Shown here piece by piece: positions 32,219 to 42,497 of a DNA stretch of 64,000 bases. The position numbers and the translations under genes were made by a program. The stretch is from Candidatus Marinacidobacterales bacterium (GTDB taxonomy: Bacteria; Acidobacteriota; Vicinamibacteria; Marinacidobacterales; DATDRI01). A model generated the notes under the pieces. It made no database searches and had not been told where the DNA came from. It saw nothing but the letters and a program-made list of their open reading frames with translations. The DNA lies in assembly GCA_965219415.1 (NCBI GenBank), contig CBDCNP010000002.1, forward strand, positions 1,504,001 through 1,568,000. The letters are read 5' to 3'. How positions within the stretch are numbered: position 1 is the stretch's first letter; the number at the start of each line of letters is the position of its first letter.

Positions 32219-32250
32219 CGTCAGGCATCGTCAGGCATCGTCAAACATCG
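32216..32250. repeat. 10-bp tandem repeat at the start codon of the oxidoreductase
   Basis: CATCGTCAGG x2 + CATCGTCAAA + CATCG. Confidence 0.7.
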
Positions 32251-32278
32251 AGGAGTAGGCGGCTCGGTCTTGTAGCTA

Positions 32279-32461
32279 CTAGAAAAGAGTGTAGATGAAC
32301 GGTGCTACCGCTGACGACTCGGCAAACAGAATCAACATCCCGAAGAGAAGCAACGTCAATACCATAGGCGCCATCCACCAGAGCTTTCGTTCCCAGAGGA
32401 ACGTCATCAGTTCCTGCACGATTCCCAGCTTGCGTCCCGCCGATTCTATTGCCTTGCCCAT
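32279..32461 (-). CDS. DUF5989 (SxtK-like) small membrane protein
   Basis: ELMTFLWERKLWWMAP...SAVAPFIYTLF signature, downstream of a carbamoyltransferase. Confidence 0.88.
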   Translation of the reverse strand: MGKAIESAGRKLGIVQELMTFLWERKLWWMAPMVLTLLLFGMLILFAESSAVAPFIYTLF

Positions 32462-32470
32462 GGACCGACC

Positions 32471-34156
32471 TCACTCCTTTGCAACAACGTAGTTGCCCAA
32501 CACCAACCGGTCCATGCCGCTCTGGCTGAACGTCGAGTAAGCCTGTTCCGGCGTATTCACAATCGGCTCACCGCGAAGATTGAACGAAGTGTTCATGATG
32601 ATCGGCACGCCGGTGGCTTCACCGAAACGTGCGATGAGGTCATGGTACCGTGAATTGCCATCCCGAACCACTGTTTGTAGGCGACCGGTTCCATCCACGT
32701 GTGTTACTGCGGGGATGACGTCGCGCTTCGATGGCTTGACGTCGAAGACGAGCAGCATGAACCGCTCAGGATACTGCCGCTCTAGGTTCTTGACCCCGGG
32801 CGCTTCGAAGTACTCGTCAACATGGCCGCTCAACACCGCGGGTGCGAACGGACGATAAGGCTCCCGAAACTTAATCTTGGTATTGACGATTTCTTTCATG
32901 TCTGCCCGACGAGGATCCGCAATGATCGATCGATGCCCCAAGGCGCGCGGCCCCCACTCGAACCATCCTGGTACCAGCCGATGACCTCACCGCCCTGGAG
33001 CGCCTCGACGGTGCGGTCGAGGAGGCGATCCTCATCGAGTCGCTCGTAGCGGATGCCTTGTTCCTCGAGGAAGGCCTTTACTTCGGAATCGGAGTATGAC
33101 TTCCCCCAAAATGCGTGCTCTAGAACGAATTGACGCGGATTACCCAAAAGCGTGTTGTAAGCCCAAAGCGCTGCGCCGAGAGCACCACCTCCATCCCCGG
33201 CGGACGGCTGAATGAAGATCTCCTCAAAAGGGCGTTTCTCGAAGGATGCATCCATTGGCAACACTGTTGAGGGCGACTCCCCCCGCCATGCAAAGCCTCC
33301 GAAGCCCGGTCTCTCGATGCAGGTGATTCGCCATGTCGAGGAGAATTTCTTCCGTCACTCGCTGAATGCTGGACGCGATGTCTGCATAGTGCTGGTTGGA
33401 CCGACAGAGCTCGTCGTAGTTTGCGGGAGGTTCCCCGAAGTAACTCGGAAAACCTGAATCCTTGGTAAAGAAAAGTAGGTCGGACGGACGCGGCTCGCCG
33501 AAGAGATCGACGAAACGATGATTGAAAGCCTTCTTATCGGAGTAATGGAAGGAAAAGTACTCCATGTTGAGACGAAACGATCCGTCGCCGTTCTTCTGAA
33601 TCAGTTTGTAGACCTTTTCGGCGTATCGGGGCTCTCCGTACGGTGCCATCCCCATCACCTTGTATTCCCCTTCGTTCACCTGAAACCCGAGGAAGGCAGT
33701 GAAGGCGCTATAGAGCAATCCTAGCGAGTGCGGAAACTCAATCTGACGATGGAGTTGGATATCGTTTCCGCGACCGACGCCGTAGCTTGCAGTGGCCCAC
33801 TCCCCCACCCCGTCGACGGTGAGAATGGCCGCCTCGTCGAAAGGAGAGCAAAGGTAGGCGCTGGCCGCATGGGACAGGTGGTGCTCGGAGAACAAAATCT
33901 TATCTCGCGGCACTCCGATCCTTTCGGTGATGAGCGCGCTGACCCACAGCTTGTCCAGCATCCAAGCCATCATCGCTTCGCGGAAGACCGGGAGCGCCCG
34001 CGGAAACATCTGCAGCGACGTCATGAGAATCCGCTCGAACTTCTGGAAGGGCTTTTCGAAGAACGCAACGTGGTCCAGATCTTCCGGGCCGATGCCTGCG
34101 GAGTCCAGGACGAACTGGATGGCGTTGGCCGGGAAATCGTAATCGTGCTTCTTGCG
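32471..34156 (-). pseudogene. NodU/CmcH-family O-carbamoyltransferase, 5'-truncated and frameshifted
   Basis: RKKHDYDFP, EHHLSHAASA, TVDGVGE, EYKVMGMAPYG, GGVALN, ALGHRSI, KFREPYRPFAP, HVDGTGR, NTSFN. Frameshifts near 33260 and 32965. Confidence 0.9.
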
Positions 34157-35825
34157 ATACTTCGTGCCCTGTTTTTACTGCAACGTGAGCGACACCTACC
34201 TCTTCAAGGAGAAACGTCAACGGCTCTGGGTGATCTTCGCCGGCGGGTTCTTCGAGCTCTTCATCTGGGCGACGGCGGTTCTGGCATGGCGGCTCGTGGC
34301 ACCGGAGGCTTTTCTGTCCCGAGTTTTCTTCATCATCGTGGCGGTGGGAGCAATCAAGACGTTCTTCAATTTCAATCCGCTCATCAAGCTGGATGGCTAC
34401 TACCTCCTAGCGGATTACCTGGGGATCGCCAACCTTCGCAAAGAGGCCCTCTCTGGTCTCGGCCGGTTCTTCCGGCGCTTCGTTTTGAATCTCTCCATCG
34501 AGCCGCCGCGACCGGAGCTGGCGGGTCGTAACATTCTTTGGCTTCGCGGCGATCGTTTCGTGACCCTATTTGGCGCCGCGGCGCTCACCTACACGGTGAT
34601 TCTCTTGGGATACATCGCAATTTGGTCGGGCGGATGGGCATTCGACGAGTTCGGTTCGAGCGGACTCGGCCTTTTCACCCTCGCCATGGTCGGCCTTCTC
34701 CACAAGCCGGCCTCGGAAGCAGCATCGAGCGCACGCTCGGTCGGCAAAGAAAAGTGGGAAGACCTCGGAAAGAAGCACCGGCGTTCCCGATTCGTTCTTT
34801 TCTGGGGCGTTCTGCTGCTGGCTGTTGCATTTTGCCCCTGGCAGCTTCGCATTGCCAGTGAGCTCAAAGTCTTGCCGAAAAGTCGTGCCACGGTGCGTGC
34901 CCCCGCCGACGGGCGGATTGCGCGCATCGCCTTCTCAGAAGGAGAGCAGGTCAAGAAGGGAGATCTCCTTCTCGAGTACGATTCGAAGTCTCTCGCCCTC
35001 GACAAAGAGACAAAGCACGCCGAGCTCGCCAGGTCGCAGGAAGAGCTCCGGCTTCTGGAAAAGCTCAATCCCACCTGGAGGGAAGAAATTCGCGTCGAGG
35101 AACGTACTCTCGAAACGGCACGGGCTCAGACGGCGAAAGCCAAGCAGGACTTCGAAAGGACCCAGAAACTCTGGACCAGCGGCTTGGTGGCACGGGAACA
35201 GTTCGACCAAGTCCAGGCCGAGCTAGAGCAGGCCTCGAGCAAGCAGCGCAAACAAGAGGCGGAGTTGCAGCTGGCGCGGAAGGCCAGTCGCGCGAGCCGC
35301 AACGAGCAGATCGAGGTCTTGCACCTGCGTGATGCGGACGCTCAGCGCGCGGTCATCCAACGGCTCGAAGCTGAGCTAGCCCAGTTAGAAGATCTCTTGA
35401 GCCGCAGCCGCATTTTTGCACCGCTTTCGGGTACTCTGACCACCTACCGTTTCCAGGAAAAACTCGGAGAGTTTTTGGAGGAGGGCGACGTCGTTTGCGA
35501 GATCGTGAACGACGAGCAAGTCGTCATCGAAATGCCGGTGCCAGAGAAAGAGATCGATGCCATCGAGATCGGCTATCCGGTGAAGTTCAAAGTGAGGGGT
35601 TACCCGCACCGAAGCTTTCACGCCGAAGTCGCGGAGATCGCCCCCATCGCTGCGGAGGGCGAAAAGACTTCGACGATCCTCATTCGTGCCGGCATGGACA
35701 ATGAAGACCGCACATTGAAGCCGGGCATGACGGGTATTGCGAAGATCTACTGCGGCTGGACGGTCATCGCCCACGTCTTCAGTCGAGACATCATCCGCTT
35801 CATCCGCACCGAGTTCTGGCTATAA
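34152..35825 (+). pseudogene. M50-peptidase-like/HlyD membrane-fusion protein, 5'-truncated
   Basis: YFVPCFYCNVSD, AGGFFE, FNFNPLIKLDGYYLL (M50 C-half; HExxH region missing). Biotinyl-lipoyl, coiled-coil and LKPGMTG HlyD domain. Confidence 0.85.
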
Positions 35826-36374
35826 CACGGACTCGACGACTTCCAGTACCTTCCTCTCCGGCAGAGACACCACCACAAACGACGGGAGACCGAGCCGTCT
35901 CCAGAAGGGGAAGGGATCGACTCCGGCGTAGGCGGCCACCAACAGGGTAATGACCCGACCATGCGAAATCAGAGCGACGTTTCCATCGGGGTGGGTCTCC
36001 AAGAAGCGATCCACCGCTTCGCGGAATCGACCGAGAGCCTGGGTCGCCGTCTCGTCCCCGAAGACCAGCTCATCGGGCCGCGCGAATAGCTCCGCCACCA
36101 CGCTCTCGAACTTCCCCCCGGGGAGAAGCTCCAAGCTTCCCCGCTCCTGCTCGTGAAGGCCTTCGAAGATCTCGACCGACTTTCCCAGCTCGCGCGCAAT
36201 GATCTCAGCCGTTTCGGTAGCCTTGGGCTCGTTGCTGGCCCCGATCACACCTGGTTCATGGCGAGCGACGGCAACCGCCCGTTTGCGCCCCTCCTCCGTC
36301 AAGACCCATTCCGCGGCTCGACGATCGGGCCGGATCTCGGGAAGCGAATGCTTGACCAAGACAAGCTTGCGCAT
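35820..36374 (-). CDS. Histidine phosphatase (phosphoglycerate mutase) family protein
   Basis: LVLVKHS, LTEEG, KATETA, GLHE, ISHG. Confidence 0.85.
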   Translation of the reverse strand: MRKLVLVKHSLPEIRPDRRAAEWVLTEEGRKRAVAVARHEPGVIGASNEPKATETAEIIARELGKSVEIFEGLHEQERGSLELLPGGKFESVVAELFARPDELVFGDETATQALGRFREAVDRFLETHPDGNVALISHGRVITLLVAAYAGVDPFPFWRRLGLPSFVVVSLPERKVLEVVESVL

Positions 36375-36469
36375 GAGTTTCGGGGACCGGTTATTTATCT
36401 CACGAAATGGTAGTCTGTGCGCACTGCAAAAGCGATAGCAGATCGGTTACCCCGAAATAGGAGGGGACC

Positions 36470-37774
36470 ATGGAAAGGCGGAGCTTCCTAGGAACGCTGG
36501 GCAAGGGATTCGGAGCGGCGACGGCAGGCACTCTCTTCGGGCCGGAGACGATGCGCCGGGTCGAAGCCTCTTCGCGCCGTTTGGCGGGTATCGGCCCGGC
36601 CGAGGCGGCGAAAGACGAGGCCTACTGGCGTAACATCCAACAAGCGTTCACCGTGACTCGGAGCCTCATCGACCTCAATAGTGGTGGGGTCTCCGCGTCT
36701 CCACGCGTCGTCACCGAGGCTCTGGTGCGCTACATCTGGGAGCAAGAAGAAGCACCCGTCTACACGATGTGGAAAATCCTCGAGCCCCGCCGCGAGTTCG
36801 TCCGCAGCGGTTTGGCCGAGCTCTTCGGGTGTGATCGCGAGGAGATTGCGCTAGTGCGCAACGCTTCCGAGGCTCTAGCAATCTTGCTCAACGGTTTCGA
36901 TCTCCAAACGGGAGATGAGGTCGTGACCTCGGAGCACGACTACCCCCGCATGCGGACCACACTCGACCAACGGCGCCGCCGCGAAGGGATCGACATCAAG
37001 CTGTTTCCCGTCGCCACGCCAACCGAGGACACCGATGTCCTTGTGGAAGGCTTCGCGAATGCGATCTCTCCACAGACCAAACTGATTCTGGTGAGCCATC
37101 AAGTCAACATCACCGGGCAAATCTTTCCCGTCAAACAGATCGTCGAGCTCGCGCGGCCGCGCGGCATCGAGGTCATCGTCGACGGGGCGCACTCCTTCGG
37201 CCAGTTCGCCTTCACCCAATCCGACCTGGGTTGCGACTATTTCGGTACCAGCCTCCACAAATGGCTTCTCGCCCCTAAAGGAACTGGGATGCTTTACGTG
37301 CGGCGGGACAAGATCAAAAAAGTCTGGCCGCTCATGGCCGCTCCGGAGGAAATGGACGACGATATCCGGAAGTTCGAGGAGATCGGCACGCATCCCGCGG
37401 CCAACGAAGTCGCCACCGGCGAAGCACTCACCTTCCACAATACGATTGGCTCGGCGAGGAAAGAGGCCCGCCTGCGCTACCTCCAGCACTACTGGGCAGA
37501 GAGGCTGCAGCAGATACCCAACGTCCGTCTGCATACTTCATTGAAACCGGAGATGAGCTGCGCGATCGCTACGGTGGAAATTAGCGGAGTGGACACCAAG
37601 GCGTTAGACGAGTACCTGTGGGACAAACATCACATCATCGTGGTCCCGATCTTGAGGGAGGACTTCCAGGGACTTCGCGTGACCCCCAACCTCTTCACTA
37701 CACTCGATGAGCTGGACTATTTCTGTGACGTCATGGAGCACGTCGCTAAGAAAGGCTTGCCCAAGAGCATTTAG
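36470..37774 (+). CDS. Tat-exported class V aminotransferase (isopenicillin N epimerase-like)
   Basis: ERRSFLG twin-Arg signal, RNASEAL, VDGAHS, SLHKWLLAP. Confidence 0.88.
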   Translation: MERRSFLGTLGKGFGAATAGTLFGPETMRRVEASSRRLAGIGPAEAAKDEAYWRNIQQAFTVTRSLIDLNSGGVSASPRVVTEALVRYIWEQEEAPVYTMWKILEPRREFVRSGLAELFGCDREEIALVRNASEALAILLNGFDLQTGDEVVTSEHDYPRMRTTLDQRRRREGIDIKLFPVATPTEDTDVLVEGFANAISPQTKLILVSHQVNITGQIFPVKQIVELARPRGIEVIVDGAHSFGQFAFTQSDLGCDYFGTSLHKWLLAPKGTGMLYVRRDKIKKVWPLMAAPEEMDDDIRKFEEIGTHPAANEVATGEALTFHNTIGSARKEARLRYLQHYWAERLQQIPNVRLHTSLKPEMSCAIATVEISGVDTKALDEYLWDKHHIIVVPILREDFQGLRVTPNLFTTLDELDYFCDVMEHVAKKGLPKSI

Positions 37775-37778
37775 TGTA

Positions 37779-38005
37779 TCAGTGCGCGCTCACTCCTCGT
37801 TCGCGCGCTTGCCGCCTCGCTCCTCGCTCGGCTTCCTCATCCTTCCCTTGCTTTTTCAGACACACACCCAAGCCGTGGTGCGCCTCGGCGTGCTTGGGTT
37901 GGAGATCGATGGCTCGCCTATAAGAAGAGATCGCTTCATCGACCCGATCGAGCGCAACCAGCCGACCTCTCCTGACCGATCCCTCTTGAACCAGCCGGGC
38001 GCCAT
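37779..38005 (-). pseudogene. TPR-protein remnant
   Basis: Minus-strand frame LVALDRVDEAISSYRRAIDLQPKHAEAHHGLGVCLKKQGKDEEA is one canonical TPR. It is out of frame with ATG 38005, and its 3' end runs into a repeat. Confidence 0.6.
37783..37837. repeat. Dispersed repeat (copy 2 of the element at 30285-30380, lacking the internal hairpin)
   Basis: TGCGCGCTCACTCCTCGTTCGCGCGCTTGCCGCCTCGCTCCTCGCTCGGCTTCCT. Confidence 0.75.
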
Positions 38006-38033
38006 GGTGCTTATTGGTCGGATGGCATGGAGC

Positions 38034-38885
38034 TTACGGCAGGATCCCGAAAATACGGCTGCCGGCCCCACCGCCCCCCTGAAACTTCATGGGCGCCACG
38101 ACCAACCACGCCCCGGCGGCGGGCAGGGCATCGATGTTGGCGATCATCTCGATCTGGTACTTTCCGGCACGGTGCATCTCGATGTGCACTTGGTGCGGCG
38201 GGTCGGTCCCCATCGAAACGCCGAGCGCGTCCGTCGCGAGGGAATCGGAGGCGAGCGCGTTGATGTCGCGGTTCTCCAAGAGCCATCTAGCCGCGTCCGG
38301 GGAGAATCCCGGAAAGTGCAGCCCTCCCGCCTCGTCGAGACCGAGAAACGCCTTGAGATCGGAATACTTGTCACCCCAGCCGCTGTTCAGGATCACGACG
38401 GCGCCTGCAGGGATCTCCCCGTGCGTCTGCTCCCATGCATTGAGGTCATCGACCGACAGCATGTAGTCCGGATCCGCAGCAGCCTTGACCTTCACATCCA
38501 CGACGACGGCGGGTGCGACCAGGCGGTCGATGGGAATCTCGTCGATCGCCTCTTTGTCCTTGCCGGAGAACCAATGGTTCGGAGCGTCGGTGTGAGTGCC
38601 CGCGTGCTCCGTCATCTGATACCAGTTCCAGTACCAAGTGTTCGCTCCCCGCTCGTCCCACCGGGCGATTTCGGTCTTCTTGAAAAGAACTCCCTGGCCC
38701 AAGCCAGGAGGAGCCACAAACTCCGGTGCGCCTTCGACATAGGGGTGGGAAAGATCGACCAGCGAATAGTTCCCCGCTGCCAGGGCTTCCACGACCGAGG
38801 GGGGAGGTGCCTCCGTTTGCGGTGGCGCGCAGGAGACGAGCAACGCGATTCCTAAGACAAGTAGCTTTAGCGGCAGAACCCTCAT
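38034..38885 (-). CDS. Cyclase family (kynurenine formamidase-like) lipoprotein
   Basis: Lipobox LVSC, VDLSH, EHAGTHTDAPNH, HFPGFS, IEMIAN. Confidence 0.9.
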   Translation of the reverse strand: MRVLPLKLLVLGIALLVSCAPPQTEAPPPSVVEALAAGNYSLVDLSHPYVEGAPEFVAPPGLGQGVLFKKTEIARWDERGANTWYWNWYQMTEHAGTHTDAPNHWFSGKDKEAIDEIPIDRLVAPAVVVDVKVKAAADPDYMLSVDDLNAWEQTHGEIPAGAVVILNSGWGDKYSDLKAFLGLDEAGGLHFPGFSPDAARWLLENRDINALASDSLATDALGVSMGTDPPHQVHIEMHRAGKYQIEMIANIDALPAAGAWLVVAPMKFQGGGGAGSRIFGILP

Positions 38886-38911
38886 TTATTTTCCTCCCCC
38901 GAGACGGCCGT

Positions 38912-39022
38912 TCAATCTCGGCGACCCTTCCTGATCAACCAACAGTAGTAGAACATTGGAATCAAAACCAGAGTTGGCAAGACAAAGAGCAAGATGAAAC
39001 TGCTGAGTGGTAGTCCAAGCAT
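38912..39022 (-). CDS. 36-aa single-TM protein (putative symporter accessory subunit), absent from the ORF track
   Basis: MLGLPLSSFILLFVLPTLVLIPMFYYCWLIRKGRRD*. Starts 7 nt after the symporter stop; hydrophobic core with basic tail. Confidence 0.7.
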   Translation of the reverse strand: MLGLPLSSFILLFVLPTLVLIPMFYYCWLIRKGRRD

Positions 39023-39029
39023 CAGGGTT

Positions 39030-40496
39030 TCAGGCTTTCTCCGGAAAGAACTTGTTGGTCGCTTCTTCTTTTACCGGTTGCGTGAAGATGTTAACGACGA
39101 GCATTAGGGTCCCACCGGTGGCCAGCCCGACGATCCCGGGATGCACTCCTTGCACCCAGCTCGCACCGGCCAGGGTCCACCACGTCCAGATGGCGGTCGC
39201 GACGGCGCCACCCACGGAGGATGCGGTCGCCGCCTCTTTGCTCACCCGGCGGGAAGTGAGGCCCACGATGAGCGGGAAGAAAAAGGTGGCCCCGACAATG
39301 GCCACCGCATAAGAGACGATCTGGAGAATCAGTGCGACATCCGGCAACGAGCCGAGAAAAGCAACGACTCCCACGGCGACGATCGTGAGGCGCGAGACAC
39401 GCAAGTAATAGCGCTCATCTTTGACCACACCGCGAGGCTCGTGAATGCTCTTCCGCAATATGTCGTGTGAGATCGCCGCCCCCGACATGAGAAGTAACGA
39501 GTCCGTTGTAGACATTGCGGCGCTAGCGATGCCGGTCAAAGCGATCGCGGACAAGACGGGTCCTAGCGTGGCTCCGACCAACGCCGGGAAGGCTTCATCG
39601 GGACTCGAGATCTGATCCCAAACCAGAACACGGGCCGCGGCGCCAAGGTAAAAATTTCCATAGAGCAAGAAGCCTCCCACCAGCAACGCCGTGAAGGGTA
39701 TCGAGAATCGAGCGATCTTGCTATCGCGGGCCGCGAACATCTTGGTGATGAGCTCGATTCGTGTGCAATACGCGACGAACCATACTAAATACCAGGAGAT
39801 CAGGAAGCTGGTCGTCCATGTCGTTCCGCGTACTGAGGTCCAGCCCGGTGCCACTTGCTCGACTTTCTCGAGCACCTCGAACCATCCTCCCGCCATCTCG
39901 TAGACGTAGGGAGCGAGAAACATGAGACCTATCCACATGAAAAGGAATTGGGCAATGTTGGTCCAGACCACGGCGAGCAGCCCGCCGAGGGCGACATAGA
40001 ACACGAAGATGACGGTCCCGAGGACCAATCCCCAGAAGAACGGTATTCCGAGGAGCTTTTCTAAGATGAAACCCATGCCTCGGATCTGGGCGATCACGTA
40101 AACGATGCTGGAGACGGCGATCATGAGCGCGCTCCAGGTGCGCAAGAAGCGGCTGTCGAATCGGTCCCCCATGTAGTCGGGAAGGGTGAACCCTTTGGAC
40201 TCCCGGAGCTTTTTCGCGAAAAAGAAAAAAATGACCGCGAAGCCGAGGGACATGGACAAGTAGGGCAGTATCGCCACGCCGCCAAAGCGGCCGGCGAAAG
40301 CCATTCCACTCAGAATCGAGCCGCCGTGCATGATCGCCGCCATATTGGCGATGACCAACACCACGACGCCGAACCGGCGGCTCGCCACCCAAAAATCTTC
40401 GGAAGTCTTTTGGTATCGGGCCGAAAGGAGGCCAATCGCGATGACGGCTATCAGGTAGAGACCAAAAACGACGAGGCCGACAGAGGGAGGGCTCAC
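39030..40496 (-). CDS. Sodium:solute symporter (SSS/PutP family)
   Basis: EDFWVASR, FTLPDYMGDRF, YVALGGLLAVVWT, AAMSTTDSLL. About 13 TMs. Confidence 0.93.
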   Translation of the reverse strand: MSPPSVGLVVFGLYLIAVIAIGLLSARYQKTSEDFWVASRRFGVVVLVIANMAAIMHGGSILSGMAFAGRFGGVAILPYLSMSLGFAVIFFFFAKKLRESKGFTLPDYMGDRFDSRFLRTWSALMIAVSSIVYVIAQIRGMGFILEKLLGIPFFWGLVLGTVIFVFYVALGGLLAVVWTNIAQFLFMWIGLMFLAPYVYEMAGGWFEVLEKVEQVAPGWTSVRGTTWTTSFLISWYLVWFVAYCTRIELITKMFAARDSKIARFSIPFTALLVGGFLLYGNFYLGAAARVLVWDQISSPDEAFPALVGATLGPVLSAIALTGIASAAMSTTDSLLLMSGAAISHDILRKSIHEPRGVVKDERYYLRVSRLTIVAVGVVAFLGSLPDVALILQIVSYAVAIVGATFFFPLIVGLTSRRVSKEAATASSVGGAVATAIWTWWTLAGASWVQGVHPGIVGLATGGTLMLVVNIFTQPVKEEATNKFFPEKA

Positions 40497-40650
40497 GAGA
40501 TCCTCATTACTTGAAGGCGGCCAGCTTCAAGCGGCGGATGCTAGCACGCGGTTTCCATGGCTGTCAACGATTCGGAGGCCTGTCCGGCCCGGGAAGCATC
40601 TTGACTTCAAAGCGAAAACCAGTAAAATCCCCACCATTCAAGGAGGCTCA

Positions 40651-41197
40651 ATGAAGCTGAAGAAAGTCCTTTTAGTTGGAATGTCTGTAGTTCTGTGCCT
40701 GGTGGTGGCCGGCGTCGTGCTGGCGGAGAAGAGCAAGGCCGAGCTGATTGCGGACGCAGAGAGCGCCGCTCCTGCGTCTGTCACCAAGAACGCAACCATC
40801 AAGGCCTCGGACGGCAAGGTCCTGAGGGAAGGGTCGAAATGGCTGGACCTGCTACCCGGGCTCAAAGATCATCGGGCCGATGTGCAACCGACCGCAGTGG
40901 GACGAAGTGCTCGGTGCCATGATGAACAAGAAGCCGCTCGACGTAAAGGAGTTCAGCATCTCCTACATGCTGGCGGGCGAGGGAGAAGCCCTTGGGGTCA
41001 GCAATAAGGATCCGTATGCGACCGCGCCCACCGACGACAATGACTGGGTCAAGGAAGGACCGCACCTGATGATCGTGGTGCCTGATGCAGCTGCCCTGGA
41101 AGGGCTTTCCACCAACCCGAAGGATCCTGTCTACGTCATGTGGAAGGGCGCCCCTTACGCCCACATCATGGTGAAGATCGCTCCGGAGGAGCACTAG
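40651..41197 (+). pseudogene. Conserved secreted hypothetical protein, frameshift near 40838
   Basis: Signal peptide, AESAAP..VLREGS(N)GWTC..PMC..SYMLAG..SNKDPYA..GPHLMI..YVMWKG.PYAHIM across ORFs 40651 and 40880. Confidence 0.75.
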
Positions 41198-42497
41198 GCG
41201 AACTTCGACTGAAACGCGTCAGTAGGACGTAAAAAAAGACTCCGGCCAGGAACGAATCCAACGCCGAGATGCGTGTCATCTCGAAGAGCCCGAATCCGGA
41301 CGGCGGCGGATTTGTCGAGAGGCCGAGCAGCGCGGCCGGGGCCCAAGCCGATAGGCGAAGCCTTGTGCCCGGCCGACTGCCGCTCCCAGTGCCTTGGTAT
41401 ACGCCGGGGTTGAAGAAGTAGTCTGCCACATAGATCCCGCCGATCGGAGGAAGCAAAGCACTCAGCACTAGAAAAAAGAACATCAGAGACTCGTAGATCC
41501 CAAGCACTGCCAAGACAATCCCGACGCCGCCCGAAATGAGAGTGAGCTTCCACTTCGGCAATGCCTGGATGATCGCAGACAATGCAAGCCCGGACGAATA
41601 GAGGTTGTTGTCGTTGGTGGTCCACTGCGCCAAGATCAACACCACCATCGCCGACGCACCCCATCCTAGAGACACCATGATCTCGACGATGTTCGACTCG
41701 CCGGTTGCCTTGGCGCACATCGTGGCGACCAGTACCGTCCCACCCAGTCCGAGCATGAATCCCGAGAAGACCGCGATGACGGCATCCCTCATGTTTCTCG
41801 CATACCTCATGATACCGGGTGCGCCGACCGCGGCCGCCATGAACGATCCGGCCACCATCGAGATGCCAACCCCGAGGCCGATGGGAGCACCTAAGGGTGG
41901 AGCCGCCAAAACCGTACCGACTCCGTGCTCGCGCAGGACGACGACGAGGGACGCCAGAATCAATCCGCCCATGAGCGGCAAGGTGATTGTGCTCAGCTTC
42001 TCGATGGCGCGGTATCCAAAAATGGCGGTCGACATCATGAGCAATCCACCACCTAGAACAAAGAGCCTAATTACATCGGGGCTCACATCCAATTGGAAGA
42101 CCAACTTCACCAATCTCGCCAGCGTGTCTCCGAAGAGTCCAGTCTGGACACCGAACCAGCCCCAGGCGCTCAGGGCGTAGATGCCCACCACGAGAATTGC
42201 TCCATGCCGGCCGAACGTCGTCCTGCAAATCATGGCCGCCGACAAATGCGTTTCGATCGCCACCTTGGAGGTAAGACAAGCGATGACCGCAGAAAGAAGA
42301 TTCCCCAGGAAGATCGCGACCACCGCCTGACGAAGCGTCAAACCTATGGCCAAGGAGCCACCGAGCAACATCGAGGCTAGGGAGACCGCGCACGCGGTGA
42401 AGACCACCGCAAGAAAAAGAGCACCCCTTCGCTTTTCCGGGGGAACGGGCGCCCTCGCGTAATCCTGAAAAATCGTCGGGTCAGAGCTCTCGGTCAT
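41166..42497 (-). CDS. Cytosine/NCS1-family permease (CodB-like)
   Basis: DYARAPVP, TFGRHG, GWFGVQT, AQWTTNDNNLYS, PPIGGIYVADY. Confidence 0.9.
   Translation of the reverse strand: MTESSDPTIFQDYARAPVPPEKRRGALFLAVVFTACAVSLASMLLGGSLAIGLTLRQAVVAIFLGNLLSAVIACLTSKVAIETHLSAAMICRTTFGRHGAILVVGIYALSAWGWFGVQTGLFGDTLARLVKLVFQLDVSPDVIRLFVLGGGLLMMSTAIFGYRAIEKLSTITLPLMGGLILASLVVVLREHGVGTVLAAPPLGAPIGLGVGISMVAGSFMAAAVGAPGIMRYARNMRDAVIAVFSGFMLGLGGTVLVATMCAKATGESNIVEIMVSLGWGASAMVVLILAQWTTNDNNLYSSGLALSAIIQALPKWKLTLISGGVGIVLAVLGIYESLMFFFLVLSALLPPIGGIYVADYFFNPGVYQGTGSGSRPGTRLRLSAWAPAALLGLSTNPPPSGFGLFEMTRISALDSFLAGVFFYVLLTRFSRSSPSAPPERSSP

Noticed and set aside
32279-34156. Saxitoxin (sxtI/K) biosynthesis
   Set aside because: Carbamoyltransferase plus DUF5989 is widespread. 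No other sxt genes are present and the gene is broken.
37707-38855. Long antisense ORFs (e.g. 37707-38855, 53362-54882, 14888-15847, 33728-34531)
   Set aside because: They are shadows of well-supported opposite-strand genes in GC-rich DNA and show no family motifs.
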